Assembly (NCBI GenBank): GCA_003173895.1
Contig: PJMG01000021.1
Span: forward strand, 12,274-76,273
Source of the DNA: Candidatus Levyibacteriota bacterium
GTDB lineage: Bacteria; Patescibacteriota; Microgenomatia; Levybacterales; UBA12049
Direction: 5' to 3'
Length of the DNA stretch: 64,000 nucleotides
Shown piece after piece: positions 11,135 through 20,807 of this stretch. Numbering within the stretch: the stretch's first letter is position 1; every line of letters starts with the position of its first letter. Under the pieces are notes generated by a model. It searched no databases. It had not been told where the DNA came from and was given only the letters and a program-made list of their open reading frames with translations. Position numbers and translations under genes: made by a program.

Positions 11135-12668
11135 AATATCACTGATAATATTTATCTTAATGTTAATTCTAGTATTTTTATTAAGTTCGAGAATGATTAT
11201 AAGTGGAAATTTCTTTTTATTAGCTGATCAAGGTCGTGATTTTTCTCTCACTAAAAGTATAGTAGTTGATCATAAACTTACTCTTATTGGAACACATAGT
11301 GGTTTAGGTGGTATTTTTCATGGTCCACTCTGGCTTTATCTACTTGCTCCAGTATTTATTTTAGGGCATGGGGATCCTATATATTTTGCGTATTTCTACA
11401 TTCTAATTGCAGAAATAACTGTAATTTCAGCCTTTATAGTAGGTAAAAAGTTATATGGAGAAAAAATAGCTCTAATATTTGCATTTTTAGTAGGAACAAG
11501 TCCGGTCATTGGGAGTTATGTTCCTAATACGATTGGCGTAAATCTCATGCCATTGCTGTACATATTTGTAGTATATTTTTTAATTCTTTATATAAGAGGT
11601 AATAATAAAAGTTTTATCTTTTTAAGTTTTTTAACAGGTTTGGCTTTTCAATTTGAGACTGCATCTGCAATAGCATTAGTGCCGATAATATTTTTTACCT
11701 ATTTTTACCATTTTAAAAATGTTAAAAATTTTAAATTAATTTTTTTAAGCTTATTTGCTTTTGGACTTTCAATTGCAAACTTTATATTCTTTGACTTAAG
11801 ACATCAGTTTATAATAAGTAAATCAATTATAAATACATTTAGTATTAATAGTGTTCATGCTAAAGGTTATTTAGATTTAAGCCATAGATTTTTTGACCAT
11901 TTAACCAGTTTAATTGGTATTTATAGAGGACCATTCTTACCTCAATCACAGTATTTTTATATTTTTATCTTAGTTTATATTATTTTAGGTTTAATTCTAA
12001 TAATATCTAAAAATTTTAAAGATAAGAATAAATATCCTGTTGAAATTTTTTACTTAATTTTATTTCCAGCTCTTAACTTTATAATTTATATGTTTTATCC
12101 ATATACTATATGGCCGGAATATACATTAGGATTTCTATCTCCGCTAGCAATGGGATACTCTTTAATAATTTATCTGAATATTAAAAATAAATTAATGCTA
12201 CTTTTAACAATAATTCTTGTTATTTTCTATTGTAGTAATATCTTTATTTTGATAAAAAATCAATATTTTACTAAGGTAGATTATAGTTATAATGGTGGTA
12301 CCTATTTAAACCAGGAAAGGGTAGTTACTTTTATATTTAATGACGCTAAAAAATCTAATTTTGGTTATTTTGTTTACTCACCAGATACTTTTACTTATAG
12401 TATGGATTATTTATTCTGGTGGAATGGTGAAAAATATGGATATCTACCAAAAAATGAAAAATTAAGAAACACATATTTAGTTATGTCTCCTCCTCTGGCT
12501 GGAGATAATAATGCATATAATTTTTGGAAAAAATATGTTATTAGAACAACTGCACCTTTAGTTTGGCAAAAAGTCTTTCCAGGTAACATAACAGTTCAAA
12601 AATTATTAATAGTTAAACCAGAAAAAAATGTAGATCCTAATTATTTTCAGGATTTAATATTTAGATAA
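11118..12668 (+). CDS. GT-C-like polytopic membrane protein (PMT_2-like), family B paralog 2
   Basis: 516 aa. Its motifs are paralogous to the 8770 ORF: DQGRDF...VDHKLTLIGTHSGLGGIFHGPLWLY and C-terminal YLFWWNGEKYGYLP. Confidence 0.5.
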   Translation: MLKINKISLIIFILMLILVFLLSSRMIISGNFFLLADQGRDFSLTKSIVVDHKLTLIGTHSGLGGIFHGPLWLYLLAPVFILGHGDPIYFAYFYILIAEITVISAFIVGKKLYGEKIALIFAFLVGTSPVIGSYVPNTIGVNLMPLLYIFVVYFLILYIRGNNKSFIFLSFLTGLAFQFETASAIALVPIIFFTYFYHFKNVKNFKLIFLSLFAFGLSIANFIFFDLRHQFIISKSIINTFSINSVHAKGYLDLSHRFFDHLTSLIGIYRGPFLPQSQYFYIFILVYIILGLILIISKNFKDKNKYPVEIFYLILFPALNFIIYMFYPYTIWPEYTLGFLSPLAMGYSLIIYLNIKNKLMLLLTIILVIFYCSNIFILIKNQYFTKVDYSYNGGTYLNQERVVTFIFNDAKKSNFGYFVYSPDTFTYSMDYLFWWNGEKYGYLPKNEKLRNTYLVMSPPLAGDNNAYNFWKKYVIRTTAPLVWQKVFPGNITVQKLLIVKPEKNVDPNYFQDLIFR

Positions 12669-12686
12669 TTTGTATAATATAGATAT

Positions 12687-13979
12687 ATGGGAATAATACC
12701 CTGGACTAAAAATCATTTTAAAAATAAGACTAATATCTGGCAAATTAGTATAGTATGTTTACTTTTTGCCTTGTTTTTATTTACACGACTTTATCAACTT
12801 CAAGCTCAAATGTCGTGGGGATATGATCAAGTTCAAGCTGCTTGGGCTTCAAAATATATAATTGTCGACCATAAATTCTTACTCTTAGGACCAGTTGCTA
12901 AAGCAGCAGGAGGTTTTAGTGTAGGGCCATTCTACTATGATTCAATTTCTATCTTTTATTGGATTTTTAATATGAATCCTATAGCATCACCAATCTTTGC
13001 TACTTTTGCAAGTGCGCTTACATTCTGGGCATTATATTTATCAATTAAAAAAATATTTAATTTTCCAATTGCATTTATAGCTACTTTTATAAATACTGTT
13101 GTTAATATTGCAGCTGACAAAACTGAATGGAATGCCAGTTTTATAGTATTTTGTTCCGCGATTATTTTTTACATTCTGTATAAAATTATTACTGACAAAT
13201 CTAAAAATCATTATATAGTTTGGTTAGGAGTAGCTTTAGCATTTGCCTTTAGTGTACATTTTACTTCCATTTTTTATCCAGTTCTAATTTGTCTTCTTTT
13301 ACCATTTTTCCCTTGGAATAGAAAGACTTTACTATATAGTTTTTTATGCGTAATTATAATTGCTTTAGGTCTATCACCTGTGATTTATTTTGATTTAACT
13401 TCTAAGAATAGTGAAAGTCATGGAATTATTTCTTATTTAATTGCATATTATCATGGGATCCATTTAGTGCGTATTTTACAAATAACACATGATGCATTTT
13501 TAGAATTTTTTATTATTTTCAGAACTAGATATGCTGACTATTTTGATTTTCTATTAGTTCCAATTTTTGTAGGAATTTACCTTTATAAGAATATAAACCG
13601 TGAAAGATTACTTTTATGTTACATGGTGTGTATTTGGTTTTTAGTACCATGGTTAGCTTTTGCTACTTATTCTGGAGAATTAACTAATTACTATCTATGG
13701 ATTACTCGTCCTGTAGCATTAATGGTGATTTCTTACTTTGCCTATAGAATTTTTATATTACCTACAATTATTCCTAAATTAGCCCTTGCTGTGGGTTTAA
13801 TCTTCTTAGCCTACATACATTTAACTAATTTTTTCAATACTCCAGCAGGCTTTGAGTTAACAAGAGCATATAAAAACGTAACTCCTGTTATTCAAAATAA
13901 ACAGAAAGTAAATTATAATATACACGCACCAGAATCTTATTTATACTATTATTATGGTACGTATTTAAAGGAAAAATAA
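12687..13979 (+). CDS. GT-C-like polytopic membrane protein, family B paralog 3 (shorter)
   Basis: 430 aa and multi-TM. The N-terminal region (GYDQVQAAWASKYIIVDHKFLLLGPVAKAAGGFSVGPFYY) parallels the 8770 and 11118 proteins. Confidence 0.45.
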   Translation: MGIIPWTKNHFKNKTNIWQISIVCLLFALFLFTRLYQLQAQMSWGYDQVQAAWASKYIIVDHKFLLLGPVAKAAGGFSVGPFYYDSISIFYWIFNMNPIASPIFATFASALTFWALYLSIKKIFNFPIAFIATFINTVVNIAADKTEWNASFIVFCSAIIFYILYKIITDKSKNHYIVWLGVALAFAFSVHFTSIFYPVLICLLLPFFPWNRKTLLYSFLCVIIIALGLSPVIYFDLTSKNSESHGIISYLIAYYHGIHLVRILQITHDAFLEFFIIFRTRYADYFDFLLVPIFVGIYLYKNINRERLLLCYMVCIWFLVPWLAFATYSGELTNYYLWITRPVALMVISYFAYRIFILPTIIPKLALAVGLIFLAYIHLTNFFNTPAGFELTRAYKNVTPVIQNKQKVNYNIHAPESYLYYYYGTYLKEK

Positions 13980-14031
13980 ATTTATGAAATATTTAAGTTA
14001 TTTTAAAATCCATTAGTAATGGCATAAAAAC

Positions 14032-14556
14032 ATGAAAAACAAATTGCCATCTATACTTTTACTCTTCCTTTTTTTATTTTTGCCTAATTTAGTTATAGCT
14101 GATTCACCTTATGTTTTACCTTACCCATCCGCTATGCCTGGTGGAATTGTTTATAAAATTCACTTAGCATGGGAAAAGTTAAGTCAATATTGGTATTTTG
14201 GAGATTTTGGTCAATTTGACTATAATTTAAAAGAGTCAGATAAATATTTAGTTGAGGCAAAAACACTGTTTGAATATAATCAGTACCTTTTAGGTTATAA
14301 TGCTTTACAAAAATCAAACATGTATTTTATGCTTACCTTACCTGATCTTGAAACAGCCAAAAATCATGGAAAAGATATTACAGATAAAAGAATTCTTTTA
14401 TCTCAAGCCGCTGATAAACATATAGAAATTCTAGAAAAATTGAAGATGGAAGTACCCTTAACATTTACATGGCAACCTGAAAAAAGTAATGCTACGGTAC
14501 TTAATATTAAAAGTCTTATCGATTTTGGAATAGGGATAAGACAGAAGTATCTATGA
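14032..14556 (+). CDS. secreted hypothetical protein (N-terminal signal peptide)
   Basis: 174 aa with a hydrophobic N-terminus (ILLLFLFLFLPNLVIA/DSP) followed by a soluble domain. No recognised motif. Confidence 0.45.
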   Translation: MKNKLPSILLLFLFLFLPNLVIADSPYVLPYPSAMPGGIVYKIHLAWEKLSQYWYFGDFGQFDYNLKESDKYLVEAKTLFEYNQYLLGYNALQKSNMYFMLTLPDLETAKNHGKDITDKRILLSQAADKHIEILEKLKMEVPLTFTWQPEKSNATVLNIKSLIDFGIGIRQKYL

Positions 14557-15695
14557 AAAAAATATTTTTTACTATCTATATTTTATTTCTCATAGCAATC
14601 GTTGGATTTTCTTATCTTTTTATTGATCCTAATCTTATTTACTTAAAACATTTATATACTGGTTTTGCTTTCCAAAAAAAATTATACACCACATTAATAT
14701 TTATTTTTCTGTTAATAATAAGTTTCTCTTTTTATATTTTGTTTATATATCTCTATGTTAGAGGTAAATTGTTTAAAAAAGACTTAATATTTTTACTGAG
14801 TGTTAGTATTTTTATATTACCTTTTTCATATCCAGCAATGTTGTCATATGATATTTTTAATTATATTGCTACTGCAAAAGTAGCATTTTTCTACCATGAG
14901 AATCCTTACATAATTATGCCTATAGAATTTACTCATGACCCATTACTTCTTTTTATGCACGCTGCTAACAAGGTAGCTCTTTATGGCCCTCTGTGGATTT
15001 TATTAACAGGGTTACCATATCTACTCGGATTTGGTAGTTTTTTATTAATATTATTTTTATTTAAAGCTTTTGTAATATTATTTTTCGTTGGTACTCTTTT
15101 AATTATTTGGAAATTAACTAAAAATACATTTTCAGTTCTACTTTTTGGTCTTAATCCTCTCGTTCTCTTTGAAACTGTTATAAGTGGTCACAATGATATA
15201 GTTATGGTTTTCCTTTTTCTTTTAGCAATTTTCTTCTTAAGGCGGAATAAAATGATATTAAGTTTGATTCTTTTACTAGCTTCAATCTTAATCAAATATG
15301 CTAGCTTAGCTTTGATTATTCCATTTGGGTATTTGTTCTATTCTTATTTTAAAAATAAAAAAATATCTTGGGATAAAATGTATTTATTAGGAGCAGGTGC
15401 AATGACCTTAGTATTTTTCTTAGCTCCTTTAAGAGAAGAAATATATCCATGGTATTTTACTTGGATTTTAGCATTTATTACTTTAATTCCTAAACATAAA
15501 TTTTTACTACTAATATCCATTGTCTTTTCATTCAGTTTACTCTTACGATATATTCCATTTATGCTATTAGGTACTTATTTTGGACCAACTCCTGTTATCA
15601 AGATTTTAGTTACCTTTATGCCAATTATATTTACAACATTTTTTTATATTCTTTACTTTCTATTTAAGAAGAAATCTTTATTTAAAATAAAATAA
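14553..15695 (+). CDS. polytopic membrane protein, possible GT-C glycosyltransferase (DUF2029/GT87-like)
   Basis: 380 aa with ~10 TM helices. It carries a YDIFNY...FYHENPY loop reminiscent of GT87/DUF2029 mannosyltransferases and has an ATGA overlap with the upstream gene. Confidence 0.35.
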   Translation: MKKIFFTIYILFLIAIVGFSYLFIDPNLIYLKHLYTGFAFQKKLYTTLIFIFLLIISFSFYILFIYLYVRGKLFKKDLIFLLSVSIFILPFSYPAMLSYDIFNYIATAKVAFFYHENPYIIMPIEFTHDPLLLFMHAANKVALYGPLWILLTGLPYLLGFGSFLLILFLFKAFVILFFVGTLLIIWKLTKNTFSVLLFGLNPLVLFETVISGHNDIVMVFLFLLAIFFLRRNKMILSLILLLASILIKYASLALIIPFGYLFYSYFKNKKISWDKMYLLGAGAMTLVFFLAPLREEIYPWYFTWILAFITLIPKHKFLLLISIVFSFSLLLRYIPFMLLGTYFGPTPVIKILVTFMPIIFTTFFYILYFLFKKKSLFKIK

Positions 15696-16744
15696 TGAAA
15701 ATAGCTATAGATATTTCACCACTTGAAACGGGCCATAGTGTAAGAGGAGTTGGATTTTATTTAAAAAACTTAATTGAAAGTTTAAAAAAATATTTTCCTG
15801 AAAATGAATATATCTTTTTCAAAGACTATTCTAAATTAGTAGGTAATTTTGATTTAATACATTTTCCGTATTTTGATCCATTTTTTATTAATTTACCTTT
15901 TTTTAAAAAATATAAAACTGTTGTAACGGTCCATGATTTAACCCCAATAGTTTTTAAAAACAATTTTCCTGCTGGTATAAAAGGAAATCTAAAATGGGAA
16001 ATAAATAAAATTTTACTTAAAAGAGTTGATAGTATTATTACTGATTCAGATTCTTCAACAAAAGATGTAATTAATTTAATTGGTTTTGATAGAAATAAGG
16101 TTAATACTGTTTATTTAGCAGCAGGAGAAGAATTTAAAATTCAAAATTCGGAAGTAAAAATTAAAGAAGTTAAAAAGAGATATAACCTTCCAGAAAAGTT
16201 TGGATTATATGTAGGAGATGTAACTTGGAACAAAAATTTACCTAGGGTAATTGAAGCATTTAAAAAAACCGAAATTCCACTAGTTATGATAGGGAAAGCT
16301 CTTGTAGAAGAAAATTTTGATCATAATAATTCTTGGAATTCAGACAGAATTAAAGTTTTAGAATTAACTAAAAATAATAATCAATTTATAAGACTAGGAT
16401 TTATCCCTACTGAAGATCTAGTGAGTATTTATAATATTGCCACTTTTTCTATTACAGCTTCACTTTATGAAGGTTTCGGTTTGCCAGTTATAGAAGCAAT
16501 GGATTGTGGTTGTCCCGTTATTGCCTCCCAGGAAGGCTCAATTCCAGAAACAACAGGGGATGGCGCAGTTTTTATAGATGCTTATAGTATTAATAGTATT
16601 GCTGAAGGAATTTCAAAGGTTTTTAAAAATAAAGACTTACAAAAAGATTTATCTAAAAGAGGTTTAGAACAAGCTAAAAAATTTTCTTGGGAAAAAACTG
16701 CAAAAGAAACTATAGCTATTTATAAGCAAATTCTAAATAAATAA
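15695..16744 (+). CDS. GT4 family glycosyltransferase (GT-B, Glycos_transf_1)
   Basis: Carries the C-terminal EGFGLPVIEAMDCGCPVIAS motif of retaining GT4 enzymes. Confidence 0.8.
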   Translation: MKIAIDISPLETGHSVRGVGFYLKNLIESLKKYFPENEYIFFKDYSKLVGNFDLIHFPYFDPFFINLPFFKKYKTVVTVHDLTPIVFKNNFPAGIKGNLKWEINKILLKRVDSIITDSDSSTKDVINLIGFDRNKVNTVYLAAGEEFKIQNSEVKIKEVKKRYNLPEKFGLYVGDVTWNKNLPRVIEAFKKTEIPLVMIGKALVEENFDHNNSWNSDRIKVLELTKNNNQFIRLGFIPTEDLVSIYNIATFSITASLYEGFGLPVIEAMDCGCPVIASQEGSIPETTGDGAVFIDAYSINSIAEGISKVFKNKDLQKDLSKRGLEQAKKFSWEKTAKETIAIYKQILNK

Positions 16745-16750
16745 CCTCTT

Positions 16751-18040
16751 ATGTTGATAATTATCTGGGAAAAAAGTAAAAAAATCTTTAAGCATGAACT
16801 TATTAATGCTAGTTTTTATATGTTTATTGGAGGATCATTTGCTGGTTTCTTAAATTTTCTTTTTAATTTTTTCTTAACTAGACACATTTCTTACTCTGAT
16901 TATGGAATTTATTCAGCTCTTATAGCTTTGGTAGGTTTAGTTTCAGTTCCTGGCCAAGCCCTAACTCCTACTATAATAAGTTTTTCTGGAGAATATTTTT
17001 CTAAAAATGAGGTTGGAAAAGCAAAAGAATTTTATAGGCAAAGCGTAATTTATGTTTTTATTTTAAGTATTTTATTTTCTGTATTGCTGTTATTATTTTC
17101 TAATTTTTTTATATCTTTTTTTAACCTGCAAAGTATCTGGTATCTAATACTTGCTTGTTTCATAATGACCGCCACTTTCTTAAGTGTAATACCAGGAGGT
17201 TATTTACAATCGCTTCTACGTTTTAAATTATTTTCATCTTTAACAGTAATAAACAGTATTTTTAAATTAATTCTTGGTATGATTTTTATCTTAATTGGGT
17301 TTAATTTATATGGAATATTTGGTGCCCTATTTATAGGAGCTATAGTTCCTTTTTTAGTGGGAGATTTCTTTCTAAGGAAATTATTTTTTAATATTAAAAA
17401 ATTACAAATTAAAGATTATTTAAAAACAATTACTCATTATAGTTTAGGTGCTTGTATAATTTGTATCTCAATCACATCTTTCACCACTTCAGACATTTTA
17501 CTAGTAAAACATTATTTTTCTTCAGATGTGGCTGGTTTATATGGGGGATTAACGGTAGTCGGTAAAATTGTTTATTACATCGTAGTTCCTATCATTGGTG
17601 CTTTATTTCCAATATTAGTAAATAAATTCCATAAAGGAGAAAGACTCCTTAAAACATTTATTTTAGCTTTTATATTAGTGCTTATCCCATCAATTTTTAT
17701 AACTTTAGCTTATTTTATAATTCCCGATTTTTTTCTCACGATTTTTTTAGGTGGCAGGAAATATCTAGAAATGGCAAAATTTCTAGGTTGGTATGGTTTA
17801 TATAGCAGTTTATTTGGAGTAGCAAATGTCTTAGTAAATTATTTTTTATCTAAAAAAATAATTTCTATTGCTTATTTTACAGTAAGCGCTGCTATGTTAC
17901 AGATTATTGGAATCATATTTTTCCATACTACTATTTTAAATATTATTATAATATCAATTTCTTCATTATCACTTTTAATTTTAATGTTGTTAATTTTTTT
18001 AATTTATCCTAAATTTATCATCTTGCAAGCTGCTAATTAG
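16751..18040 (+). CDS. Wzx-like polysaccharide flippase (MOP superfamily)
   Basis: 429 aa with ~12-14 predicted TM helices and no soluble domain. The context is a glycan-assembly cluster. Confidence 0.5.
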   Translation: MLIIIWEKSKKIFKHELINASFYMFIGGSFAGFLNFLFNFFLTRHISYSDYGIYSALIALVGLVSVPGQALTPTIISFSGEYFSKNEVGKAKEFYRQSVIYVFILSILFSVLLLLFSNFFISFFNLQSIWYLILACFIMTATFLSVIPGGYLQSLLRFKLFSSLTVINSIFKLILGMIFILIGFNLYGIFGALFIGAIVPFLVGDFFLRKLFFNIKKLQIKDYLKTITHYSLGACIICISITSFTTSDILLVKHYFSSDVAGLYGGLTVVGKIVYYIVVPIIGALFPILVNKFHKGERLLKTFILAFILVLIPSIFITLAYFIIPDFFLTIFLGGRKYLEMAKFLGWYGLYSSLFGVANVLVNYFLSKKIISIAYFTVSAAMLQIIGIIFFHTTILNIIIISISSLSLLILMLLIFLIYPKFIILQAAN

Positions 18041-18058
18041 TAGTGTATAAAAAATTAT

Positions 18059-18865
18059 GTGAAAAAAAATAATAAGAAACAATTTTTATCTCTTATAATT
18101 CCTTCATATAAACAAGAAAAAACTATAATTAAAGATTTAAAAAAAATTCTTAAGGTTATTAAAAATCTACCTTATAAATCAGAAATTATTGTAATAATAG
18201 ATGGATATATAGATAGAACAAAAGAAAAAATAAAAAAAGCCCATTTAAGAAAAGTTCGCTGTATTGGTTATAAACATAATCATGGTAAAGGTTATGCTGT
18301 TAGATATGGTATGGCACATGCTAAAGGAGATATTATTGCTTTTTTGGATGCCGGGATGGATTTATCACCAGAAGGTTTAGAAGCGCTTTTAGATATTTTT
18401 ATATTAGATAATGCAGATATTGTAATTGGTTCGAAGCTTCATCCAAATTCTGAAGTAACCTATCCAATTCAAAGAAAAATTTTATCATGGGGTTATAGAA
18501 CATTTGTTAAAGTTTTTTTTGGACTTTCTATAAAAGATACACAAGTTGGTCTTAAAGTTTATAAAAGAAAAGTACTTGAGAAAGTTTTACCTAGATTATT
18601 AGTTAAAAGATATGCTTTTGATATTGAAATTTTAGCAGTTTCACACTATTTGGGATTTACGAGAATTTATGAAGCTCCAATCAAATTAAGCTTTAATTCC
18701 TGGTCATCAATAACTTCAAGAAATTTCTGGAGTGTAGTTTTTCGTATGATGTGGGACACTTTAGCAGTCTATTATAGACTTAGAATTTTAAATTACTATA
18801 ATGATAACAGTAAAAGAAAATGGCAGTACGATCCTGAATTAAATTTCAGAATTAATATTGGTTAA
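18059..18865 (+). CDS. GT2 family glycosyltransferase
   Basis: Carries LSLIIPSYKQEKTI...IIVIIDGYIDRT and a DAG region typical of GT2. The ORF start is GTG. Confidence 0.62.
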   Translation: MKKNNKKQFLSLIIPSYKQEKTIIKDLKKILKVIKNLPYKSEIIVIIDGYIDRTKEKIKKAHLRKVRCIGYKHNHGKGYAVRYGMAHAKGDIIAFLDAGMDLSPEGLEALLDIFILDNADIVIGSKLHPNSEVTYPIQRKILSWGYRTFVKVFFGLSIKDTQVGLKVYKRKVLEKVLPRLLVKRYAFDIEILAVSHYLGFTRIYEAPIKLSFNSWSSITSRNFWSVVFRMMWDTLAVYYRLRILNYYNDNSKRKWQYDPELNFRINIG

Positions 18866-18868
18866 TTT

Positions 18869-19972
18869 ATGAATATACTTATTCTTAATTGGCGAGATCC
18901 TAAAAATCCTAAAGCTGGAGGAGCTGAATATGTAACATTAGAACATGCAAAAGCTTGGGTTAAAAAGGGACACAAAGTATTTTGGTTTACATCTTCATTT
19001 AAAAACTCTAAGGAGACAGAAATAATTGAAGGTGTTGACATTTTTAGAAAAGGAGGTACCTATAGCATGTATTTATTAGCTCCATTTTTTTATTTGTTTT
19101 CTGGTAATAAATTTGATTTAGTTATTGATCAATTCCACGGTGCTCCTTTTTTTTCACCACTATATGTTAGAAAACCAAAAATCCTTTTTATACATGAAAT
19201 TCCAGGTAAAATATGGGATTTAATGTTTCCTTTTCCTATTAATATTATTGGTAAATTAGCAGAAAATTTTTATTTTTTATTATATAAAAATATTCCTATT
19301 TGGACTGATGCTCCATCCACGATTAATGATTTAGTTAAATATGGAATAAAGAAAGAAAATTGTACTGCCATACTTTGTCCCATTAGTAAAAGCGCTCTTA
19401 ATAAATTGCCAGTAAAAGAAAAAAATCCTACATTTATTTTTGTTAGTAGGTTAGTCCCAATGAAGGGTATTGAGGCAGTTATAAATGCTTTTAAAATTAT
19501 TAAAGAGAAAGAAAAAAATGCTAAACTTTGGATTTTAGGGACTGGTGAAAATAAATATTTCGAATTATTAAATAAAAAGGTTTTAGAGTTAAATCTAGAA
19601 TCATCTGTTAAATTTTGGGGTAAAGTTAGTGAAAATAAAAAATATGAACTTCTTAAAAAAGCACATTTATTATTACATGCATCAGTAAATGAAGGGTGGG
19701 GTTTAGTAGTTATTGAAGCAGCCAGTCAAGCAACACCTAGTGTAGTTTATAATGTGAATGGTTTACGGGATTCTGTAAAAAACGGAATAACAGGAATTGT
19801 TTTAAACAATAATAATCCTGAAGAATTGGCCAAAGGGTCTTTAAAACTTATACATAATAAAAAGCAATATAAGATTTTTCAAAAAAATTCACTAAATTGG
19901 GCGAAAAGTTTAAATTGGGTAAAAGCTACAAAAGAAAGTTTAAATCTGATCAAGGAGGCCTTAAAATCTTAA
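18869..19972 (+). CDS. GT4 family glycosyltransferase
   Basis: Carries EGWGLVVIEAASQATPSVVYNVNGLRDSV (the GT4 E-x7-E region). Confidence 0.75.
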   Translation: MNILILNWRDPKNPKAGGAEYVTLEHAKAWVKKGHKVFWFTSSFKNSKETEIIEGVDIFRKGGTYSMYLLAPFFYLFSGNKFDLVIDQFHGAPFFSPLYVRKPKILFIHEIPGKIWDLMFPFPINIIGKLAENFYFLLYKNIPIWTDAPSTINDLVKYGIKKENCTAILCPISKSALNKLPVKEKNPTFIFVSRLVPMKGIEAVINAFKIIKEKEKNAKLWILGTGENKYFELLNKKVLELNLESSVKFWGKVSENKKYELLKKAHLLLHASVNEGWGLVVIEAASQATPSVVYNVNGLRDSVKNGITGIVLNNNNPEELAKGSLKLIHNKKQYKIFQKNSLNWAKSLNWVKATKESLNLIKEALKS

Positions 19973-19976
19973 TTCT

Positions 19977-20798
19977 TTAACTATTTTTACCAGAAATATA
20001 GCCAAAAGTTAAAGCTAAAATTTCACTGACGCGTAATATCAAAAAACCAAGAGTGTGAACAGGATATTTGATTAAGAAAGGTAAATGTGAAATATAAGCT
20101 AAAAATTCAGCTTTTATGAAATTATCGTTAGTATGTTCTTTCTTTTTTAGAAAAGTTTTAGCAGTTTTACCATAATTAAACTTCTTTATTACCATCTTTC
20201 TAAAATTAAGTTGTGCTAAATTGTGATAAACAACATTTTTGCAAAATCCAACCTTAGTAATTTTTTTATATCGCCTTTGAATATCAAAATCTTCACCTGA
20301 TGAAATAGTTTCATCATAGCCTTTAATTTTAGTAAATATTGATTTTTTAACGATCCTAGCGGATTCAATAGAGTCATTTCCCCAATAACATCGTCTTTCT
20401 AATGCTTTACATTTAGCCCAGAAACCTATTGCTAGGTCTTTTTCATGCACTATTAATGCTCCACAATTATGACCTAATAAATCAACGGCATTACTTATTA
20501 AATTTTTTGATAACTCCATATCACTATCTAAGTGATAAAGAATCTCACCTTTTGCTATTTTTGCGCCCACATTTCTAGAATGACTGGGTGGTGAATAAAA
20601 TTTTGGAGCAGGTAATTGAATGTATTTTACTTTATATTTTTTAGCAATTATAGAAGTTTTATCTGTACTTGATTGATCTACAATAATTATTTCTAACTTT
20701 TTATAAGTTTGATTTTTTATAGATTTTAAAGAAGCATTTAAGTATTTTTCACTGTTATATGTAGGAATAATAATTGAAACCAAGGGATTTTTTTGCAT
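19977..20798 (-). CDS. GT2 family glycosyltransferase
   Basis: Carries VSIIIPTYNSEKYLNASLKSIKNQTYKKLEIIIVDQSSTD and a DSDM motif. Confidence 0.75.
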   Translation of the reverse strand: MQKNPLVSIIIPTYNSEKYLNASLKSIKNQTYKKLEIIIVDQSSTDKTSIIAKKYKVKYIQLPAPKFYSPPSHSRNVGAKIAKGEILYHLDSDMELSKNLISNAVDLLGHNCGALIVHEKDLAIGFWAKCKALERRCYWGNDSIESARIVKKSIFTKIKGYDETISSGEDFDIQRRYKKITKVGFCKNVVYHNLAQLNFRKMVIKKFNYGKTAKTFLKKKEHTNDNFIKAEFLAYISHLPFLIKYPVHTLGFLILRVSEILALTFGYISGKNS

Positions 20799-20807
20799 AA
20801 ATTAATT

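Noticed and set aside
13995-14025. Small hairpin CCATT-agt-AATGG after the 12687 gene as a terminator.
   Set aside because: The stem is only 5 bp with a 3-nt loop and has no U-tract. It cannot be told from chance in AT-rich sequence.
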